A stretch of DNA of 64,000 nucleotides, from positions 34,276-98,275 of IMG/VR virus record IMGVR_UViG_3300046660_000367, one strand, 5' to 3'. The notes beneath the pieces were generated by a model. It was not told where the DNA came from. It saw only the letters and a list, made by a program, of their open reading frames with translations, and ran no database searches. The translations under genes and the position numbers were made by a program. This document shows positions 1 to 8,908 of the stretch, one piece after another; position 1 is the stretch's first letter, and every line of letters begins with the position of its first letter. The DNA is from a virus.

Positions 1-633
1 CTAGTTGCTATTTGGTGACAAAAGTCGGCCGACCGTGCGCCGCCAGCGCCCGCGCGCGTTGCGCCTGCGCGAAGTTGCAAAAAAGACAACATCAGTAACC
101 CAAGGAACCCCATTGCCAAAGCAACAGCACAAGAAGACTGCACCCCTACGGGGCGCACAAGGTAGCGGGCCTACGGCCCTATAGACTCAACACCGAAACG
201 CTGCCGCCAAGGGCTAGAGCAGGGCGATTTACCCTCCGGGCTAAATCGTCGGCCATCCCGCCGACTCGGCGCAGGGACGCGCCTCCCTGCCGTGCCGATT
301 GCCCCCTGCTCGGAAACGCAACGGGGCCTCGAACTCAGCAGAGTCTACAGGTGGAAAGCGCAATTCCTGTGCCAGTGGCCGGGGCGAACCGGGGTTTCTG
401 TTCTCGTAAGAGAACGGCCTCTAAAAACGCAGGCGTGGCGGTTTTGCGCAGCAAAATCGGGGCGCAACAACGCGAGAGCGTTGGGGGTTATTGTTGCCAG
501 TGAACAAGTCTCCTGGACCGGGTTTAAAGTAAGTATGAACTCACACAGGTAGCGGCTTGGCTAGGGCATAAGACAATACGTAAGAAGGGACGCGATAAAA
601 TAATGAATGTAATCAATTAGTTGCACGATTTCA

Positions 634-673
634 AATTGCAGGAACTGAAACTAAACTTTCAGTTCCTGCAATT
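634..673. repeat. Perfect 17-bp inverted repeat in the AT-rich region upstream of rep (candidate origin/operator)
   Basis: AATTGCAGGAACTGAAA-ctaaac-TTTCAGTTCCTGCAATT. Confidence 0.8.
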
Positions 674-849
674 ACTCTTTCAGTTTATGGTCTGTTTTTG
701 ATTGAAGTTCTTTCAAACGGTGAAAGAGCAGGCATCAAAAATTCATCCAAATTGATTGAACTCTTTGATGGATTATCTTTCATCACGTGAGAAATGTTAC
801 ATCAAAAAACCTATCGTTATGATTGACACTGCTGATGTGATGTTGTTTA

Positions 850-1485
850 ATGCAAAGGTTTCCAAAATTCAAACGTGCCATGAAACCTATCCTGCCATCC
901 ACGCCCCCTGTTCTCAAGACGCGACGCGGTGATATCGTGTACGAGTCTAATCCCTTTCTGAAGGGGGCTGTGGCCAACACCAATCGAGGGGTTAAGCGCA
1001 TCACCAGCCAAGACAGCGAACGTATGCTTGTCGTTAGCGAAAAGAGCGGCGAGGTGCTGGGCGGGGCTGGGTTCTGGCAAACCAAGCAAGTCGATAAGAC
1101 CCAATTCATCAAGCTATACGTCAACGGCGTCAAGGGCCTGGCCGACTTGACCAGCGCTGGCACCAAGTTGTTCGGCGTCCTTTACATGGAAATGCAGAAG
1201 CAGATGGGTGAGGATCAAATCTTCCTTAGCCACACGCATCTGGACAAGGCGATCTTTCCCGATTTGAGTCCGGCAACCTTTTCGCGCGGCGTGCGCGAAT
1301 TGAAGGACAAGAATTTCATTGCGCCCATGATGACGCAGGGCTGGTTTTTTGTGAACCCCGATTTCATCTGGAACGGCGACCGCCTGGCGTTCGTGCAGGA
1401 GTACCGCCTGCGCGACCAGGACCGGACGCCTGCCCCCGGCCCTGTTGAGGCTGTCACTCACACCGACACGGACGAAGAAGAATGA
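850..1485 (+). CDS. RepL/RepA-like plasmid replication initiator (wHTH)
   Basis: VDKTQFIKLY, TFSRGVRELKDKNFI and FFVNPDFIWNGDR motifs typical of RepL-family initiators; AT-rich upstream region; start may be 880. Confidence 0.75.
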   Translation: MQRFPKFKRAMKPILPSTPPVLKTRRGDIVYESNPFLKGAVANTNRGVKRITSQDSERMLVVSEKSGEVLGGAGFWQTKQVDKTQFIKLYVNGVKGLADLTSAGTKLFGVLYMEMQKQMGEDQIFLSHTHLDKAIFPDLSPATFSRGVRELKDKNFIAPMMTQGWFFVNPDFIWNGDRLAFVQEYRLRDQDRTPAPGPVEAVTHTDTDEEE

Positions 1486-2012
1486 GAGTCAACGCGCATA
1501 AGCGAAGTGCGCTCCTGGCGTCGAAGATGATCATCGGCGCCTCGCCGACGCCCGAGACCGAGCAGCAGCTGCGCAGCGAGCAAGGCTATCCGCCTGATGC
1601 GGAAGTGACCATGTCAGTGTTCGAGGTCGAGATCGACAACACCATCCGCTACTGCTGCTGGTCTGGCGGCGCGCTGATCCCTGACCCCGACGGCTCGGGC
1701 CACCCCGTTCCGCACCTGACGCCTGCCGGCGTCGGCGCGTGCGAAGCGCTGCTGCGTCTGCCGTACCTGTACGGCCCCGACGGTGAATTTCTGCACACCT
1801 TGGTCTTTCACGGCATCGCCGTAGGTAAGACGCCGCTGCGCGACAAGGTCATATCCGCGTTTCGTATGACGGCCGATGTCAACGCGGTGATCTGTTTCGT
1901 CGGCGACCTGGCCAAAGAGCTGAACGGCAAGATGGGCGTTACCTTCAACGTCTGTGACGCCGTGCCGATCGGCGAGATCGCCGGCATGCGCCGGCCTGGC
2001 GAGTCCCGTTAG
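1482..2012 (+). CDS. hypothetical protein
   Basis: 176-aa ORF overlapping the rep stop codon. Confidence 0.6.
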   Translation: MRVNAHKRSALLASKMIIGASPTPETEQQLRSEQGYPPDAEVTMSVFEVEIDNTIRYCCWSGGALIPDPDGSGHPVPHLTPAGVGACEALLRLPYLYGPDGEFLHTLVFHGIAVGKTPLRDKVISAFRMTADVNAVICFVGDLAKELNGKMGVTFNVCDAVPIGEIAGMRRPGESR

Positions 2013-2026
2013 CGCAGCTGGCCGAG

Positions 2027-2371
2027 TCAGCTGCCAGTTGTAGCCGCGACTTCGGGGAACAGCCAGCCGGGCAAGTGGTTCTGTTCATACACCATCGCCA
2101 CGTCAACCAGCGCATCGAGCAGCGCTTCCTCGGCTGGCGTGAGCGCAGCTTCGGGCAGGTCCATCAGCTCACTGATCTCGCCCATGATGACGTCGTACAG
2201 CGGTGGCAGCGGCAGCGCATTGGCGTCATCTGGTCGGCGCAGGCTGCGCGCACGCCGGGCCGCCGGCGCCTTCGCGGCCGTCAGCTCGGCGATTTTGCTC
2301 TCGGCCGCCTGCAGCGCGGCCAGCGCCTCGATGTGGGATAGCTCGCACAGTGGCTTCGGCGTATTAGTCAA
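2027..2371 (-). CDS. protein whose C-terminal half resembles the N-terminal domain of HigA-type antitoxins, with no HTH
   Basis: YDVIMGEISELMD...TPAEEALLDALVDVAMVYEQNHLP pattern. Confidence 0.5.
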   Translation of the reverse strand: MTNTPKPLCELSHIEALAALQAAESKIAELTAAKAPAARRARSLRRPDDANALPLPPLYDVIMGEISELMDLPEAALTPAEEALLDALVDVAMVYEQNHLPGWLFPEVAATTGS

Positions 2372-2676
2372 GGCGCCGTTCTCCTAATTAGGAACTGCGT
2401 GCGGTCCTGGTCCTTCAGCCAGATCGGCGGGGCGCCCTGGCCGGTCCAGGTCTTGCCGGTGAGCGGGTCAGCGTACAGTGCTTCCTTTTTCGGCCGAATA
2501 CGCACCGGCGGTTTCAGCACCAGGCCGAGGTCGGTGGCGCCGATGCTGTAGTCGGCCATCATGGTCTTGATCTGCGCGATGGCGTCACCGCGCCCCTCCA
2601 TAATGAGCAGGGCGGCGCGCGCTTGCAGGTCGGCGATCTGTTTCTGAATTTGTTGTACTTCGCTCACGGTACTCAT
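2368..2676 (-). CDS. H-NS family nucleoid protein (betaproteobacterial type) with altered AT-hook
   Basis: N-terminal coiled coil; AIAQIKTMMADYSI..TDL; YADPLTGKTWTGQGAPPIWL. Confidence 0.8.
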   Translation of the reverse strand: MSTVSEVQQIQKQIADLQARAALLIMEGRGDAIAQIKTMMADYSIGATDLGLVLKPPVRIRPKKEALYADPLTGKTWTGQGAPPIWLKDQDRTQFLIRRTAP

Positions 2677-2915
2677 GGTGCGCTTTCATCCCTATTCGCT
2701 AAGGCGACAGGCACGCCGCCGCGTGTTTTCGTCCCCCACGGCGCGCGCGGCTTCGCTTCAAGGTCGGCCATGGTCATGCCGGCGTCCTGCATCAGGGCCA
2801 GTATCTGCTGGGTGGCCTGGGTGCGCGCCATCCGTTGGGCGTCCAGCGCTTCTTCCTCCAGCCGGCTGATCTCGGCGCGCAGTTTGCGGTAGTGGGCAAG
2901 GTAATCGATTTCCAT
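2673..2915 (-). CDS. H-NS N-terminal (oligomerisation) domain-only protein
   Basis: YRKLRAEISRLEEEA...QILALMQDAGMTMADL; no TWxGxGR DNA-binding domain. Confidence 0.6.
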   Translation of the reverse strand: MEIDYLAHYRKLRAEISRLEEEALDAQRMARTQATQQILALMQDAGMTMADLEAKPRAPWGTKTRGGVPVALANRDESAP

Positions 2916-3006
2916 TTTTGTTTCCTTCGGTTAGTGTGGTTTGTGTAGATGCTGCGTCGCCCCGTAGCAGTTTGACGCGCGCCATGGGGTCAGAATAGTG
3001 ACTCAT

Positions 3007-3255
3007 TTAGTGTTTGGCGGCGTGCCGTTGCCGCAGCTTATCGAGCTTGCCCGAGGACACCTCGAATCCGTCGCCGAAGGCGCTCAGGTATTGTTGGAAC
3101 GTCGCCTCATCGGGTAGGTTATTGTGCACAATCTGGCTGATGGCCAGCCCGCCAGCGATGTAGCCGAATACATGCATCGAATCTAGCGGGGGCAGCTCCA
3201 AGTGTTTCGCCAGTTCGGCAATCGCGCGCAGGAAGGCCGCTTGTTTCTCGTTCAT
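3007..3255 (-). CDS. hypothetical protein
   Basis: MNEKQAAF start with SD, coupled to neighbouring genes. Confidence 0.55.
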   Translation of the reverse strand: MNEKQAAFLRAIAELAKHLELPPLDSMHVFGYIAGGLAISQIVHNNLPDEATFQQYLSAFGDGFEVSSGKLDKLRQRHAAKH

Positions 3256-3584
3256 GGCAGCGTCCTTTGTATGGTTTCCCACAGCGCACACGCGGCTTGC
3301 GCGGCCTGGCGCCGGGACATGCCGGGCGGGTCTTCTTCGGTGCCGCCGAAGCAGCTGCAGCGCCGCAGCTGGTGGCCAACTGAACCGATCACGCCGCGCA
3401 TGCGGCACTCGTAATGGGTCACCTGGTCGGCACCATCGATGGTGCCGATGTCGCCCTCGGCGATCGCTTCCCCGCACAGCAGGCAGGCCTGCCCAATCGG
3501 CGGTGCGACCTGGCGTTCGTAGTCCTTCATCATGTGGGCCGGGCCGAAGAAGCCGATGGCGAAAGGGAAATCGTCGTCGCTCAT
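3252..3584 (-). CDS. hypothetical Cys/His-rich protein
   Basis: CLLC...HYEC...CSC motifs, coupled ORF. Confidence 0.55.
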   Translation of the reverse strand: MSDDDFPFAIGFFGPAHMMKDYERQVAPPIGQACLLCGEAIAEGDIGTIDGADQVTHYECRMRGVIGSVGHQLRRCSCFGGTEEDPPGMSRRQAAQAACALWETIQRTLP

Positions 3585-3814
3585 GGGAATTTCCTGGTGA
3601 AGGTGGCGCTGCGGCGGTAGCACTTGGCGCTGCTGTCGTACTCCATGTTGGCTGGCGCCGCCTGTTGATAATGGCTGATATCGTAGCTGGCCTGCGGCGT
3701 CGAAATGCCGTAGAAGTCCTCGATGACGACGCGGTTGAGGGTGCCGTAGTAGTCGAGGACCATGTCGATGAAGCGCAGGCGCGCAAGCTGCGCCGCGTTG
3801 TTCGGGCCGGTCAT
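3581..3814 (-). CDS. stand-alone winged-HTH resembling the N-terminus of CapW/BrxR WYL-family repressors
   Basis: RLRFID...GTLNR..I...YGISTPQASYDI..Y...AP.NMEYD...KCY. Confidence 0.7.
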   Translation of the reverse strand: MTGPNNAAQLARLRFIDMVLDYYGTLNRVVIEDFYGISTPQASYDISHYQQAAPANMEYDSSAKCYRRSATFTRKFP

Positions 3815-3983
3815 GGCGACTCCTTACGTCGGGCGGTCAACGCCCACGCCCACGCGCACACGCCAGCGCAGCCAAGCGAGAACGCGCCGAACAGGTACGA
3901 CCACCAGCCGGCCGGCTTGCACAGGTCGTGGACGGCGCAGGCCAGGTTGAGGACAACACCGACAATGGATAGGCGCTTCACGT

Positions 3984-4250
3984 TCATGGCAGCTTTCCCC
4001 GCGCCGGCACGTACCGCCGTATCTGCGCCAAGCTGATGCCGCAGTGTTCGATCATGGCCAGCTGTACGGTTGCGCCAAGATGGAGGTGGCCGTTGCGGAT
4101 TTTACTGAGTCCCGGCCGGGAAATGCGCAGGGTCGCCGCCAGCATCGCATCGTTCTGCGCGCAGGTTTGCACGATGACAAAATCGAGCAGGGCGTTGTTC
4201 GCTATGCGCTGGTGATCGGTGACGATGGCGGCTTCGTTCATGCTGCTCAT
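3984..4250 (-). CDS. small HTH protein of a family common in Oxalobacteraceae (paralog of 11241-11474)
   Basis: NALLD...NDAMLAATLRISRPGLSKIRNGHL.LGA. Confidence 0.65.
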   Translation of the reverse strand: MSSMNEAAIVTDHQRIANNALLDFVIVQTCAQNDAMLAATLRISRPGLSKIRNGHLHLGATVQLAMIEHCGISLAQIRRYVPARGKLP

Positions 4251-4648
4251 ACAAGCGTCCCCAGGTCGGCGATGCCGACCATCAGCGACGGCGGGCGCGG
4301 CAGCTCGATGCCGACCGGGCGCCACATGTGCAGGCAATAGGTATGATTTGATATCCAATCAGCGCGGGGAGGGTGGTACTGCACTACGCAGTCGTCATCA
4401 TCCCAAAACAGGTCCTTGATTTCGCACAGTTCCGCCCACAGCGGGCAGCGGTCGGTGCGCGACACGGAAACGTGTTCCCAGCGCGATCCGCCCTGGTCGG
4501 CGCCGTCGCTGGCGATCACTTTCAGGCGCGTGCCGTTTTTCAGCGTGACCAGGAAGGCGCCGTTGTTCCCGTCCTTGGCGCTGGTGGCGTAGGCGCTGCC
4601 GCGCACGATGCGGAATTTCTCGGGGACGCGGAACGTCATGGGCGCCAA
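4247..4648 (-). CDS. conserved phage hypothetical protein
   Basis: GNNGAF...IASDG...WEHVSVS...P.W.E.C.IK..FW...QYHPP...NH.YCLH.WRP pattern. Confidence 0.7.
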   Translation of the reverse strand: MAPMTFRVPEKFRIVRGSAYATSAKDGNNGAFLVTLKNGTRLKVIASDGADQGGSRWEHVSVSRTDRCPLWAELCEIKDLFWDDDDCVVQYHPPRADWISNHTYCLHMWRPVGIELPRPPSLMVGIADLGTLV

Positions 4649-4989
4649 CCGGCCATGGTGTCCTTGGCAATGGCGGCGTTGAGGACCATGCCGGTGTCGC
4701 TCGACTTGAAACCGGGGAAGCCCTTCTGGTATTCAGCATCAAGCCGGTCGGCCGCACCCAGCAGGGCCGCGTCGTATTCCTCGTCGGTGAATACCTTCTT
4801 CTCGATCAGCAGGAAGGTCACGGCGCTTAACTCGGCGCGCAACATGATGGTCGCCTCGCGGTGGTCGCGCACGGCCTGGCACTCCGGGTCTTCCTTGGTG
4901 CGGGTGCCGAGCTGCCAGCTGGCGAACACGCTGCGCCATTTTGTCAGGCGGTTGAGGGAGGTGGTCAGCGCCTTTTGCAGTGGAGTCAT
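4636..4989 (-). CDS. hypothetical protein
   Basis: coupled ORF in leftward operon. Confidence 0.6.
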   Translation of the reverse strand: MTPLQKALTTSLNRLTKWRSVFASWQLGTRTKEDPECQAVRDHREATIMLRAELSAVTFLLIEKKVFTDEEYDAALLGAADRLDAEYQKGFPGFKSSDTGMVLNAAIAKDTMAGWRP

Positions 4990-5201
4990 GCCTGTTCTTT
5001 CGGGTTGGGTTGTGGGGTCACGTCAGCGTCGGCCCGGACGTGCACCACGGTGCCGTCAGGTGCGGTGCAGTAGGAGAACATGCCGTCAATGTTGCCCAGC
5101 CAGTAGACCGTGTCGCAGTCAACCGGCGGGGCACCTGGCGGCACTTGCAGGCCCCCGTCGATGGTGAAGTAGCTGCAATTGGGCAGGTTCCATAATTTCA
5201 T
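4986..5201 (-). CDS. hypothetical protein
   Basis: coupled ORF with SD. Confidence 0.55.
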   Translation of the reverse strand: MKLWNLPNCSYFTIDGGLQVPPGAPPVDCDTVYWLGNIDGMFSYCTAPDGTVVHVRADADVTPQPNPKEQA

Positions 5202-5791
5202 CAGCTTTGCTCCTTGAAAGGGCGTGGGGTGTTGGCACGCTCGGCGCGCAGCGCGTTGCGGTCGGCGTTGGCTGACTCGTAGCGCTGCCAGCCCTGGTCG
5301 GCACGCAGCGTCTCAGCGGCCAGCTGGCGGTGCAGGCGGGCGTTTTCGGCGACAATGGCGTCGTAGTCGGTGGCACCGGCCAGATGCAGCGCGAGGTCGC
5401 GCGGGTAGCCACTCCTGAGCAGGTTCACATGCAGCTTGGCCGGGTCATGCCAGACCGCTTCCAGCTCGGCGATGCGGCTGCGGGCCGCCTCGGCCTTGGC
5501 GGGCAGGTCGGACCAGTCGTGCAAAGTCAGCGGCGGCGGCGGGCCTTTCAGGCCGGCGGCCACGCCGGTCAGCAGGGCGGCAAGTCGGTCGCGCAGGGCG
5601 TCGTCGTCCTGGATTTCCTCGGCCAGCTGCTCGACCGACTCGAAGAACCGTTCGATCGCCGCGCGCGATCCGGCCAGGTGCGCCACCTCGATCATGGCCG
5701 TGCCGGGCCTCACCATCACACTTTCGAGTGATGCCCTTGCTGCGGCGATGCGTGTCTTCCAGAGGCCGGATATGGTGTCGCTGTCAGTCAT
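5201..5791 (-). CDS. hypothetical coiled-coil protein
   Basis: coupled ORF with SD. Confidence 0.55.
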   Translation of the reverse strand: MTDSDTISGLWKTRIAAARASLESVMVRPGTAMIEVAHLAGSRAAIERFFESVEQLAEEIQDDDALRDRLAALLTGVAAGLKGPPPPLTLHDWSDLPAKAEAARSRIAELEAVWHDPAKLHVNLLRSGYPRDLALHLAGATDYDAIVAENARLHRQLAAETLRADQGWQRYESANADRNALRAERANTPRPFKEQS

Positions 5792-6047
5792 CTTCGTTTT
5801 CTCCTTGTGAACGTATCCATTCCGCGCGCCCGCCGGTCGGTTCCATTTCTTCCCAGGTGGCGCGGTAGTAGGCCTGGCCGCCGCGCTCGCCGTTCTCGCC
5901 CAGCGCCTGCACGTAGCCCTGCGCGCCCCATGGCTTCGGCTCGGTGACGACGAACATGCAGGCGCAGAACATGGCGTTGCGCGTCACGTCCGGGTCGGGG
6001 TTGAGCTGCATGATGTCGCCAACAGCCAGGTCGGGGACCGGCGTCAT
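5784..6047 (-). CDS. conserved phage hypothetical protein
   Basis: GDIMQLNP...VVTEPKPWGAQGYV...QAYYR. Confidence 0.6.
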   Translation of the reverse strand: MTPVPDLAVGDIMQLNPDPDVTRNAMFCACMFVVTEPKPWGAQGYVQALGENGERGGQAYYRATWEEMEPTGGRAEWIRSQGENEDD

Positions 6048-6541
6048 TGGCACTCCTTGGTGGCCAGCGCGTGCAGCTGCGCGGCCAGGTCGGTGACTTC
6101 GGCGAACACGTAGTCGATGATGCAATAGCGTTGGGGCTGGTTGAACAGCTCGATACCGTCAAAATTGGAAATGCCAAGCTCCTTTATGTGCGCCGCCATG
6201 CCCGGCGAGAAATCCCAGCTGTGGCCGCAATCAAAACCCAGCCACCACAACGGTGTGCTGTCGTTCAGCGGCGGGTCAAGGCGCAGCGAGGCCAAGGAAA
6301 ATTCGTTGGCAAAGTTGATGTCGCCATGGGCGTGCAGCGCGATGTTTCTATACTCCTTGCCGTGCAGCGGATGCCCCGGCAAGAGGCCCACATAGCCGCA
6401 CAGGTGGCCGAAGTCCGCGCGCGCGATCATGCACTGCAAGCCGGTCTGCGGATCGACCCACAGCAGCATATCCGGCTCGCTCTGCCACGGGCCGTCGCCC
6501 CAGGTGCTTTTATCGTCGAGGCGGTATTCAATTTTCTGCAT
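6044..6541 (-). CDS. conserved phage hypothetical protein
   Basis: GHLCGYVG..HPLHG...HG...WWLGFDCGH motif. Confidence 0.7.
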   Translation of the reverse strand: MQKIEYRLDDKSTWGDGPWQSEPDMLLWVDPQTGLQCMIARADFGHLCGYVGLLPGHPLHGKEYRNIALHAHGDINFANEFSLASLRLDPPLNDSTPLWWLGFDCGHSWDFSPGMAAHIKELGISNFDGIELFNQPQRYCIIDYVFAEVTDLAAQLHALATKECQ

Positions 6542-6558
6542 GGTCTCGTTCAGTCGGT

Positions 6559-6765
6559 TCAGATCACCATGTAAGTATTCATGCGGCCATCAGGTTTCTT
6601 GACCATGAACACGCTGCCTGACTCCACTTCCTGGATCATCGTTTCGTACAGGCGCAGTGCGTTGGCGATGACTTCGGCGTGCGTGCCTTCCGTGATCTTG
6701 CACAGCGCGTCTAAGCGCTCGCTGGCTTCGTGCGGCATGGTCACTGTGTATTCTTTATCACGCAT
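6559..6765 (-). CDS. ribbon-helix-helix (CopG-like) regulator
   Basis: YTVTMP.E...RLDAL....T.AEVIANALRLY. Confidence 0.6.
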   Translation of the reverse strand: MRDKEYTVTMPHEASERLDALCKITEGTHAEVIANALRLYETMIQEVESGSVFMVKKPDGRMNTYMVI

Positions 6766-6861
6766 GTGTACTCCGTTCGTTAAACTGAGGGTTGTTGGCC
6801 TATTCACAATGTTATCAATTTGACATAATGTTGATTATGCGAAACACTTGTTGTGCAAAGA

Positions 6862-7056
6862 CTAATCATCGCCGGGGACCTTGGGTACAACCTGGGCTGC
6901 CGTTACGGCGACCAAGCACAGACACAGCAACGCCAGTAGCGGTTTCCCTTCGTTGAACATCACCAGCGTGCCGTATGCGGCATACACGCCTGTTGCGTGC
7001 TGCACCACCAAGGCGAAGCGGGCAAACAGGCGTAGCAGGTTAAGGCTCATGGGCAT
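6862..7056 (-). CDS. small membrane protein
   Basis: two hydrophobic stretches. Confidence 0.45.
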   Translation of the reverse strand: MPMSLNLLRLFARFALVVQHATGVYAAYGTLVMFNEGKPLLALLCLCLVAVTAAQVVPKVPGDD

Positions 7057-7289
7057 GACTCCGTGGGCTTGGCCAGCACGAACTGCACGCGCACCTGGTA
7101 GCCGAGCGCGGCGGCGATGGCGTTGATGGTCAGCACCGTCAGCGTCTGGTTGCCGCGCTCGATGTTGGTGATGCTGGTGCGCTCGACTCCTGCCAGCTCG
7201 GCCAGCTGGGCCTGGGTCATGCCGCGCAGCTTGCGCAGCGCCTTGATGGTCTGGCCCAGCCCGTTGTTCTTGTCCATGTGCGCAGTCAC
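7047..7289 (-). CDS. XRE-family HTH transcriptional regulator
   Basis: IKALRKLRGMTQAQLAELAGVERTSITNIERG. Confidence 0.85.
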   Translation of the reverse strand: MTAHMDKNNGLGQTIKALRKLRGMTQAQLAELAGVERTSITNIERGNQTLTVLTINAIAAALGYQVRVQFVLAKPTESCP

Positions 7290-7296
7290 CTGGCCA

Positions 7297-8148
7297 TCAC
7301 GCCTCGGGCATCCCGGCCAGAAAGCCAGCGACCAACTGCAGGCGCAGGTCGGTGGTCTCGAACTGGCCGTTCTTGATCATCAGGCTGCGCAAAATGTCGA
7401 GCCGCCCGCGCTTGGTGCCATCGTATTTGACCAGGGTTTCCGGGTTGACGCCCCTGGCATCGAGGATCGCACGCACGTTGGCCAGCGTCGTTGCGAGCTG
7501 GGCCTTGTCGGCAGGGCTGGCCAGGAAGTGGGTGAAGCGGCCGTGTTCCTGGCCGGCCAGCTCGTGCGCGTACTGCACGTCGCCGCAGCGCCGGTCGAGG
7601 CCAGCGCCGGTGATCGGCGCCTTCCCCTGCCAGTATTGGTCGGCCGTTTCAACTGTCAGCAGCAGGATTTCCTGCTGGCCCGGCATGTTGGCGATGCGCC
7701 CGCCGTACTGCGCCCGCAGCGCCGCCATTTTCGCCGGCGTGTTCACCGGCTGTGCCCACGCCTCTGACAGCAGGATGACCACGTCGGCATCCATTTCGTC
7801 GGCCAGCAGCCGGGTTTCCTGCGCCATCAAGTCGCGGTCTTCCGGGTCGCCCATGCGCATTGTCGGCTGCGACACCAGCCCCTTGGCGGTGTTCATCACG
7901 ACAATCTCAGGCGCCACTTCCCTGCCCTGGCAGATGGTGGTGCGCGCCGTCAGTGCTATGTTCTCGGCGATGGCCATGAGGTGGGGCGGGATCGGCACCT
8001 GGCTGTCGTCGTGGAAGCGCATGCAGTTGCCACAATAGCGCTGGCTCACGTCGTCAATGTTGTGGCTGACCAGGCTGCAGAAGTGGCACTTGATCGCCGT
8101 GCCGTCGTCAAGGATGGTGTAGCGCAGCTTGGTGTAGGTGTCGGTCAT
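7297..8148 (-). CDS. hypothetical protein with N-terminal Zn finger
   Basis: IKCHFC...RYCGNC. Confidence 0.6.
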   Translation of the reverse strand: MTDTYTKLRYTILDDGTAIKCHFCSLVSHNIDDVSQRYCGNCMRFHDDSQVPIPPHLMAIAENIALTARTTICQGREVAPEIVVMNTAKGLVSQPTMRMGDPEDRDLMAQETRLLADEMDADVVILLSEAWAQPVNTPAKMAALRAQYGGRIANMPGQQEILLLTVETADQYWQGKAPITGAGLDRRCGDVQYAHELAGQEHGRFTHFLASPADKAQLATTLANVRAILDARGVNPETLVKYDGTKRGRLDILRSLMIKNGQFETTDLRLQLVAGFLAGMPEA

Positions 8149-8393
8149 GGCGTGTGCTTCCGCGGCGTGATGGTGGCCATGTTCTCGCGCACCGCGAAGC
8201 GCGCCAGCGTCAGCGTCCGGCCAGTTCCGTCGGCGACCTGCTGTGCCAGCTTGCGCAGGGTTTCGACGCGGGCGGCGTCGGCCCCAACCAGGGGCATCAT
8301 CATGCCGTTCAGCTGGATCGCCGGTATCCCCTCCCCCAGGTCCTCGGTGGCAATAAAGGCGTACAGCTCAGTGATGATGTGTGGGTCGGGCAT
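8145..8393 (-). CDS. hypothetical protein
   Basis: coupled ORF. Confidence 0.55.
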   Translation of the reverse strand: MPDPHIITELYAFIATEDLGEGIPAIQLNGMMMPLVGADAARVETLRKLAQQVADGTGRTLTLARFAVRENMATITPRKHTP

Positions 8394-8455
8394 AGAGCAA
8401 CTTGTAGTTTAAAAAACAGCAGGCATATTAGGTAGCATTGACGCTTTATGCAACT

Positions 8456-8908
8456 TTATTTCTTTTCAGAAGGTTTGTAGTGTTCGGCCAGCAACTTATC
8501 GATGAAGTCGAACAGGCACGCTTCCACCAACTTCTGGTGTGATTTCATGCGCGGCACGTTGTCCACGATCCACTTCATCTTGGCGTGGGTGACGCCGTCG
8601 AACTTGAGGTTGACGTGCTTGGCGACCTTGCGGTCGGCGTGCTGCCACGGCGGCACGTGCGGCTTCTCCTTGGCCGCTGGCGCGACCTCGGCCGCCTGCG
8701 GTGTGGCTGGCTTTGCCGCCTTCTTGCGTGCCGCTGGCTTGGCCGGCATCGCAGCTGGCGTCTCCGGGGGGGCGACGGGGGCTGCTGGCGGCAACTCGGC
8801 GGCTGCGATGAACTGGTCTTCGGCAGCCTGGCGCGCAGCGGTCGTACCGGCGATCGGCAGCGGCTGGCGAAACTTCTTCACGGCCACGGTCTTTGCCGGC
8901 GCGGTCAT
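8456..8908 (-). CDS. ParA partner / centromere-binding protein (type Ib, RHH-like C-terminus)
   Basis: directly downstream of parA; disordered Ala/Pro N-terminus then PPW...VNLKFD...KMKWI. Confidence 0.6.
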   Translation of the reverse strand: MTAPAKTVAVKKFRQPLPIAGTTAARQAAEDQFIAAAELPPAAPVAPPETPAAMPAKPAARKKAAKPATPQAAEVAPAAKEKPHVPPWQHADRKVAKHVNLKFDGVTHAKMKWIVDNVPRMKSHQKLVEACLFDFIDKLLAEHYKPSEKK

